Source: Candidatus Brocadiia bacterium
Lineage (GTDB): Bacteria > Planctomycetota > Brocadiia > CAIUPP01
Assembly (NCBI GenBank): GCA_050015075.1
Contig: JBEKCB010000009.1
Coordinates: forward strand, 1-64,000
DNA length: 64,000 nt
Direction: 5' to 3'
Part shown: positions 58,322 through 64,000 of the stretch, piece after piece
How positions within the stretch are numbered: the first letter of the stretch is position 1
Layout of the letters: each line of letters opens with the position of its first letter
Notes under the pieces: model-generated
What the model was told of the DNA's origin: nothing
Databases searched by the model: none
The model's input: only the letters and a program-made list of their open reading frames with translations
Position numbers and translations under genes: made by a program

Positions 58322-60253
58322 ATGAAGCGACCCATGACATCCGACAACCGCGCCGCAGCACCACAGACCCTCTGGGTTATGCTGGCCTGCGCGTGGATTC
58401 TGGTCGTCGCGGTCGTGGTTTGGGCGAACGGCCTGAAAGGCCCTTTCATCTTTGACGATCTCATCGCGATCCGAGACAATCCGACCCTCCGCCATTTTCC
58501 CGCCTGGGAGAATTTCGTCCCGCCGCATGAGAACTCGCTCTCCAGGAGGCCGGTTGTAAACCTCACGCTCGCGCTCAACTACGCCATCGGCGGCCTCGAC
58601 GTGCGCGGGTTTCACGCCGGGAATCTGCTCATCCATCTGCTGACGGCGCTGCTGCTCCTCGGCATCGTCCGCCGCACGTTGAACGAATTGACGATGGACC
58701 CCGGACGACGGACGATGGTCCATGCTCCCTCGTCCATCATCGCCGTTTCGTTTGCCGTGGCGCTCATCTGGGCGGTCCATCCCTTGCTGACCGAACCGAT
58801 GGACTACTTGACTCAGCGCACCGAACTGCTCATGGGCCTCTTTTTTCTGCTCACCCTGTATTGCGCGGTCCGCGGCGCGTCCAGCGGGCATCCCCGGCGA
58901 TGGCACGCAGCCGCCATCGCCGCCTGCGCCCTGGGCATGGGCTCCAAAGAAGTCATGGCCGCCGCCCCGGTCATCGTCCTGCTGTACGACCGATGCTTCC
59001 TGTCCGGCTCGTTCCGGGAGGCGTTGCGCCGGCGCCTCTCCTTGTATCTCGGACTGGCCGCCACCTGGGCGATCCTCGGTGCGCTGATGATCGCATATCC
59101 CTGGGGCGGCGGAACCGGCGCCGGGTTGGGCCTGGTGGGGATCGGACCGTGGGAATACGTGCGCACGCAGCCGGGCGTCATTCTGAACTACCTGCGGCTG
59201 AGCTTCTGGCCGAGTTCGCTGTGCCTGGACTATGGCTGGCCGATCGCGACGAGCGCAGGGCAGATTTTCCCGGCGGCGGCCGTCATCGCGGCGATGCTCG
59301 GCGCGACGTTGTGGGCGCTGAGCCGGAGGCCGGCGTTCGGATTCCTGGGCGCGTGGTTTTTCCTGATCCTGGCGCCCACCTCGACTTTCGTGCCGATCGC
59401 CGACGCGGCGGCCGAGCGCCGGATGTACCTGCCGCTGGCGGCCATCGTGACGTCCTGCGTCCTTGCGGCCTATTGGCTCGGCGACCAATTGGTCCGCCAC
59501 GTGGCCGAAGACGTCGGGACGCGCAAACTCCTCGGAAGAGTCCTGGCGGCTCTGGCGCTCCTCCTTGTAACGGCCGCACTGGGCTATCGGACGTTCGAGC
59601 GGAACGCGCTTTACCGCGACGCGATTTCCATCTGGCAGGATACGGTCACCCAGCGCCCTCGGAATGCGCGCGCGTGGGGCAATCTGGGCATGTGTTACGT
59701 TGATGCCGGCCTTCCTGGCGAGGCCGTGCCATGCTTCAGCCAAGCCATCGAATTGAAGCGGGACAACTCCACGGCGTACAGCAACCGAGGGAGCGCCTTC
59801 ATCCACAATGACCGCGGCATCGCCTTCGCCAGGATGAACCGCCTCGACGAAGCGGTCCAGGACTACGACACGGCCATTGCCCTGAACCCGGATTATGCCG
59901 AGGCATACGTCAACCGTGGCGCCGCCTATGCGGACTCCAACCGTTTCAATGAGGCCCTCCAGGACTATAGCCGGGCTGTTGCGCTGCAGCCCGATAACGC
60001 TCGCGCCTACAGCAACCGCGCTGTGGTGGGCCTGCGCACCGGCCGCTTCAATGAAGCCCTGTCCGATTGCGACAAGGCCATCGCGCTGCAACCTGACTAC
60101 GCCAATGCCTACCTTAACCGCGCTTACGGCCGGTACCTGGTGAAAGAGTTCGACAAAGCCCTCGCCGACTTGAACACCTGTGTGCAACTGGGCGGCAAGC
60201 CGGATCCTGAATTTATCGGGAAGGTTCTGCAAGCCGCCGGACAGGCGAAATAA
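58322..60253 (+). CDS. TMTC-like GT-C glycosyltransferase with C-terminal TPRs
   Basis: FIFDD, RPV, FH..NLLIH, WAVHPL.TE, QR.ELL, SKE, WP..L..DY, ERRMYLP, RN..Y..W, TPR repeats. Confidence 0.85.
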   Translation: MKRPMTSDNRAAAPQTLWVMLACAWILVVAVVVWANGLKGPFIFDDLIAIRDNPTLRHFPAWENFVPPHENSLSRRPVVNLTLALNYAIGGLDVRGFHAGNLLIHLLTALLLLGIVRRTLNELTMDPGRRTMVHAPSSIIAVSFAVALIWAVHPLLTEPMDYLTQRTELLMGLFFLLTLYCAVRGASSGHPRRWHAAAIAACALGMGSKEVMAAAPVIVLLYDRCFLSGSFREALRRRLSLYLGLAATWAILGALMIAYPWGGGTGAGLGLVGIGPWEYVRTQPGVILNYLRLSFWPSSLCLDYGWPIATSAGQIFPAAAVIAAMLGATLWALSRRPAFGFLGAWFFLILAPTSTFVPIADAAAERRMYLPLAAIVTSCVLAAYWLGDQLVRHVAEDVGTRKLLGRVLAALALLLVTAALGYRTFERNALYRDAISIWQDTVTQRPRNARAWGNLGMCYVDAGLPGEAVPCFSQAIELKRDNSTAYSNRGSAFIHNDRGIAFARMNRLDEAVQDYDTAIALNPDYAEAYVNRGAAYADSNRFNEALQDYSRAVALQPDNARAYSNRAVVGLRTGRFNEALSDCDKAIALQPDYANAYLNRAYGRYLVKEFDKALADLNTCVQLGGKPDPEFIGKVLQAAGQAK

Positions 60254-60336
60254 GGCGAACCTGGTCACCCTCCACACGCCCCGTATCGCCATAGACACGC
60301 TCCTCGGAAAAGGTCCGGTTCGCCGTAACGTGCTAG

Positions 60337-60462
60337 ATGGCCGGCCAAATAGGTCGGTTGACAAACCGCTCCGGCTCCTCTTTCCAATCAGGCGCGCGTG
60401 GGCGTATTGTTATCCAGAACGGCCGAGAAACAACTTGACGGTGGGCACGCTTTGAGTACAAT
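60337..60462 (+). repeat. Cargo-leader module, copy 2
   Basis: ATGGCCGGCCAAATAGGTCGGTTGACAAACCGCTCCGGCTCCTCTTTCCAATCA..TTGACG-N16-TACAAT. Confidence 0.85.
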
Positions 60463-60561
60463 ACTGTCGCCGCGAACGACAGCCGAAGGCGCAAAAGCCG
60501 CCGCAAGGCGTTAATTCTTAAAGCTCCTGACCTCTTTATATGCCGCACGGGAATACTGGGG

Positions 60562-61428
60562 ATGAAGCGGATACTCATCCTGCTGCATGAGCACTTCAAA
60601 CACGAACAGTATCTTATCTATCGTCTCCGCGAGGCGTGGCAGAAACAGGGGCTGCACGTATCATGTGTTTACGGCATTAGAGACCGGCCCGAGGCAGACC
60701 TGCTGATTCCGCACGTTGATCTGACGCGAACACCTCCCGAATACATCGAGTACATCCGATCCTATCCCAACGCCGTCAACCGCAATGTGGTGGATATCTC
60801 CAAGCGCAGGATCAGCGCGAACCTGCTTCGCGGTGACGAGGACTTCCGCGGGCCGGTCATTGTGAAGACCGACAACAACTCGGAAGGCGGCTCGGAGGAG
60901 TTCCTGTACCGATGCCGGCATCCCCATCTCGCGTGGCTCCGGGGGAAAGCGAGCGCGGTCCAGGCGCATCTGGCCGGGCATCGTTCCACGGCGCGGAGTG
61001 GTCTGCACGAATATCCTGTCTACAGCAGCCTGGCGGAGGTTCCCGCCGGCGTGTTCAGAAACCGGGCGCTCGTGGTGGAGAAGTTCCTTCCGGAGAGAGA
61101 GGGCGATCGCTACTTCGTGCGTGTGTACGTTTGCCTGGGCAGTCACACACAAAGCATCCGCATCGCCGACTCGAAGCCCTTCGTGAAAAGGCCCGCGGCT
61201 CGGCAGGTGGACGAAGGACTTGAGGTTCCCGAGCCGGTGCTGGACCTGCGCCGCCGGATCGGCTTGGATTATGGCAAAATTGATTACACGATTCATGAGG
61301 GGCAGGTCGCCATCCTGGACGTGAGCCTCACGCCGGGGTGGTCTGCCGGGACTGAGCTGACGGCGCGCACAGTCGGCATCCTGGCGGGCGGCATCTGGTC
61401 GCTGCTGCCGAACCAGGGAAATACTTGA
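60562..61428 (+). CDS. ATP-grasp-like hypothetical protein
   Basis: DISKRRIS, GPVIVKT, LVVEKFLPE, GLDYGKIDY..ILDV..TP. Confidence 0.7.
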   Translation: MKRILILLHEHFKHEQYLIYRLREAWQKQGLHVSCVYGIRDRPEADLLIPHVDLTRTPPEYIEYIRSYPNAVNRNVVDISKRRISANLLRGDEDFRGPVIVKTDNNSEGGSEEFLYRCRHPHLAWLRGKASAVQAHLAGHRSTARSGLHEYPVYSSLAEVPAGVFRNRALVVEKFLPEREGDRYFVRVYVCLGSHTQSIRIADSKPFVKRPAARQVDEGLEVPEPVLDLRRRIGLDYGKIDYTIHEGQVAILDVSLTPGWSAGTELTARTVGILAGGIWSLLPNQGNT

Positions 61429-61605
61429 CGCATGCGACCTGTTCAGGACGGAGCGCGTTTGGACAAGACCGCAGGGATGATGCTCGCGCCCTTCCCTCAA
61501 GGTCATTCGGCTCGCTTGCCTCCCGGAAATGTCGGCCGAAGGCCATGAGCCGTTCGACGTTGCTAGCGGCCCTGAGTCCATCGAAGGGCGAACGAAGCGA
61601 GTTGA

Positions 61606-61741
61606 ATGGCCGGCCAAATAGGTCGGTTGACAAACCGCTCGGGCTCCTCTTTCCAATCATGCGTGCGAGGGGTGCGCGTGCGCGTATCGTTTTACAGAAC
61701 AGCCGGGAAAAACTTGAAAACAGGCTCTTTGAGAGTACAAT
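61606..61741 (+). repeat. Cargo-leader module, copy 3
   Basis: 53 of first 54 nt identical to copy 2; ends in TTGAAA-N16-TACAAT. Confidence 0.85.
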
Positions 61742-61828
61742 GTTATCGGAGCGATCGGCAGTCTAAGAGGGAAACGCCGTTGGAAGTCGGGCGGGGAAAG
61801 CGACAATAGGTGATGTCCCAAATTAGTA

Positions 61829-62311
61829 ATGACAATACTTATGAAAACATCGTGCAATATCGCCAGGCCTGATTTTATCTTGCAGGTTGAAGCGATCGAG
61901 CCATCGAACACTGGTTTTCTTAAAAACCGGCCGTGTCGGCTAATACTTGCAGATGGGAAAGCTGTTGAACGTGCGATTTGCGTGGAAGATCATCGTGGAT
62001 TCTCAGGCAAGTGGTGGATCCACCCGGAATGCGTCGCAAGGATTGAGGCGTCACGAGAGAGGATGCCGGCGAACCTCGCATCCAAGTTGTACGTCGCAGG
62101 CGAATCAGGAATGGGTTACCAGATATTCAAAGTTAAAATGAGAGACGGCACATCCTATCCGTTCCTTACCGGGAACATCGTTGATTTTCCGGATTTCCCT
62201 GAGGGATACAGCACGGATGATGTCGTGGAAGTATACCCGCACGAAGGAAGATACGAATTCGGCCTGAGGCGGAGCCGGAGTTTCAAGTGGTGTTTCTATG
62301 TTAAAGAATGA
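61829..62311 (+). CDS. AT-richer hypothetical protein
   Basis: 160-aa ORF with PC...L.DG, LY.AGESGMGY, TGN.VDF, V.PHEGR motifs. Confidence 0.65.
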   Translation: MTILMKTSCNIARPDFILQVEAIEPSNTGFLKNRPCRLILADGKAVERAICVEDHRGFSGKWWIHPECVARIEASRERMPANLASKLYVAGESGMGYQIFKVKMRDGTSYPFLTGNIVDFPDFPEGYSTDDVVEVYPHEGRYEFGLRRSRSFKWCFYVKE

Positions 62312-62354
62312 ATCTCCTGCGGAATTCGGCGGACACCATAGGCAACTACGGATG

Positions 62355-62455
62355 AACTCCCAACACCCAACATCGAACGTCCAACGCCCAGGTACTCGCG
62401 CAATCCGAGCCGCCGACTTGGACGTTGGGCGTTCGGCGTTGGATGTTGAGCGTTG
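62355..62455. repeat. Heptamer-armed palindrome (same family as 20616-20703)
   Basis: caacacccaacatcgaacgtccaacgccca ... tggacgttgggcgttcggcgttggatgttg. Confidence 0.8.
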
Positions 62456-62800
62456 ATCCGTTCATGCCTGAGCATCCGGGACCTGAACCTGGGGTGATTC
62501 AGGAACAATATAACATTCGAACAACCGGAATTGCCAGCCGGGAAGTCGCCTGAAACAGCGTCCCGACGGCTGCGGTATCTCTGGCGCATCGCAGCGCCAG
62601 GGAGCCAGACCGCGGCGGCGCCGCTGCTCGCGGTGATAGGGAGAGACACCGAACCGACAGATCGGGTCGCAAACTTGGATGATTTGGACTATACTCCCAT
62701 GCATTCCGTTTAGAGGCACATCGAGGGAAGTTGGCGCCTTCGGCACATGCGGGATCGTGACATGAACATGGCTGGTCAAAATGAGTGACAGGAGACTGCG

Positions 62801-64000
62801 ATGATGATTCGCTCGGCGCGCTGCAAGGCGTTTTGCGTTTTCGTCCTGGCGGCTGGAACGCTCCTATGGGCGGGCCAGTCTTTTGCCGCGGTGCGGTTGG
62901 CGCGGCTCTTCGGCGACGGGATGGTGCTGCAGCGCGAGATGCCCGTGCCGGTCTGGGGTTTTGCGAAGGCGGGCGAGAACGTGACGGTCCGCTTCGGTGG
63001 CCAGGAGAAGTCGGCGACGGCCGACGCGAGCGGCAAGTGGATGGTCCGCCTCGACGCGATGCCCGCAAGCGCGTCGCCGCGCGAGATGACCGTCGCGGGC
63101 GAGAACACACTGACGCTCAAGGACGTGCTCGTCGGCGAAGTGTGGCTCTGCGGCGGCCAGTCGAATATGGAGATGACGGTCAACAACAGCTTGAACTTCG
63201 ACGCCGAGAAAGCCGCCGCGACCAATTCCGCCATCCGCCAGGTCAAGGTCCCCCGCAGCGTAGCCGCCGCGCCGAGGGACGACCTGAGCGATTCGCCCGG
63301 CAATTGGGTCGTCTGCGCTCCGGCGACCGTCGGGCAATTCACCGCGGCGGGCTACTTCTTCGCGCGCGAGATCGCGAAGGCGCTCGACGTGCCCGTCGGC
63401 CTGATCAACGATTGCTGGGGCGGCACGTCCATCGAGCCGTGGACGCCGGCGGAGGGATTCCGGCTGGCGACATCCGATCCGCAGATGCGAGACATCAGCC
63501 GCCTGGTGGATTCGTGGAACCCGACGACCGACGCCGGCCAGGAGGCATACCGCCGGTATCTCGCGCAGGTCAAGGAATGGCTTCCCGCGGCCGAGGCGGC
63601 GGTCGAGGCGAAGCGCGTCCCGCCGCCCGCCCCGAAAACGCCGGAGCCTGCGCCGAACAACGGCCAGCCGACGTACCTCTTCAACGCCATGATCGCGCCG
63701 GTGATCCCCTGCGCGATCCGCGGCGCGATCTGGTACCAGGGCGAGGCCAACGGCGCCGAGGGCATGGTCTATTTCCACAAGATGAAAGCCCTCGTCGGCG
63801 GCTGGCGCCAGCTCTGGGGCCAAGGCGATTTCCCGTTCTACTACGTCCAGCTCCCCGGCTGGCAGCGGTCCGACCCGGCCAAGCCCGCCGGCGGCGACGG
63901 CTGGGCGCACCTGCGCGAAGCCCAGCTCCGGTTCCTCGCCTTCCCCAACACCGGCATGGCGGTGGCGATTGACCTCGGCGAGGCCGACGAAATTCACCCC
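62801..64000 (+). CDS. Sialate O-acetylesterase (SASA) family protein, 3' end outside window
   Basis: Manual translation: signal peptide, LFGDGMVLQRE.PVPVWG, VGEVWLCGGQSNME, PVGLI..WGGTSIEPW, GAIWYQGEAN, FPFYYVQLP, LREAQ. Confidence 0.9.
   Translation, partial: MMIRSARCKAFCVFVLAAGTLLWAGQSFAAVRLARLFGDGMVLQREMPVPVWGFAKAGENVTVRFGGQEKSATADASGKWMVRLDAMPASASPREMTVAGENTLTLKDVLVGEVWLCGGQSNMEMTVNNSLNFDAEKAAATNSAIRQVKVPRSVAAAPRDDLSDSPGNWVVCAPATVGQFTAAGYFFAREIAKALDVPVGLINDCWGGTSIEPWTPAEGFRLATSDPQMRDISRLVDSWNPTTDAGQEAYRRYLAQVKEWLPAAEAAVEAKRVPPPAPKTPEPAPNNGQPTYLFNAMIAPVIPCAIRGAIWYQGEANGAEGMVYFHKMKALVGGWRQLWGQGDFPFYYVQLPGWQRSDPAKPAGGDGWAHLREAQLRFLAFPNTGMAVAIDLGEADEIHP

Noticed and set aside
60337-60425. 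Functional tRNA gene on the minus strand
   Set aside because: Has a CCA end and a partial acceptor-like stem, but no GTTCRA T-loop or credible D and anticodon arms; kept only as a tRNA-end-like scar

Overview
GC-rich bacterial chromosomal window, probably PVC/Planctomycetota-like (inference from the tpiA-secG-pyrE-yicC-gmk-rpoZ-coaC-coaB gene order with split coaBC, the nfeD-nfeD-floA operon and an HRDFCPKN kinase). Most of it is housekeeping or metabolic: rsmE, larE, nth, cysE, trpC, xerC, lipB, lipA, holB, priA, mutL, pheA. It also holds a partial type II secretion/pseudopilin operon, a sigma-28 factor and several CAZymes. No tRNA, rRNA, CRISPR array or transposase was found. Unusual signals: (1) an accessory region at about 56.3-62.3 kb where unrelated cargo genes are each preceded by the same ~130-bp module (tRNA-3'-end/att-like scar, conserved 'PLRLLFPI' reading frame, sigma70 promoter); (2) an AT-richer Vsr/DUF559-like nuclease gene inserted inside the nfeD-floA operon; (3) a lysine-free lipoyl-domain protein next to lipB-lipA; (4) a HAD phosphatase-polyprenol kinase fusion whose start codon lies in a MITE-like repeat; (5) three sigma54-type promoters, one upstream of the sigma-28 gene; (6) many palindromic elements built from 6-9-nt tandem units. 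All family assignments come from motif recognition by eye, not database searches.
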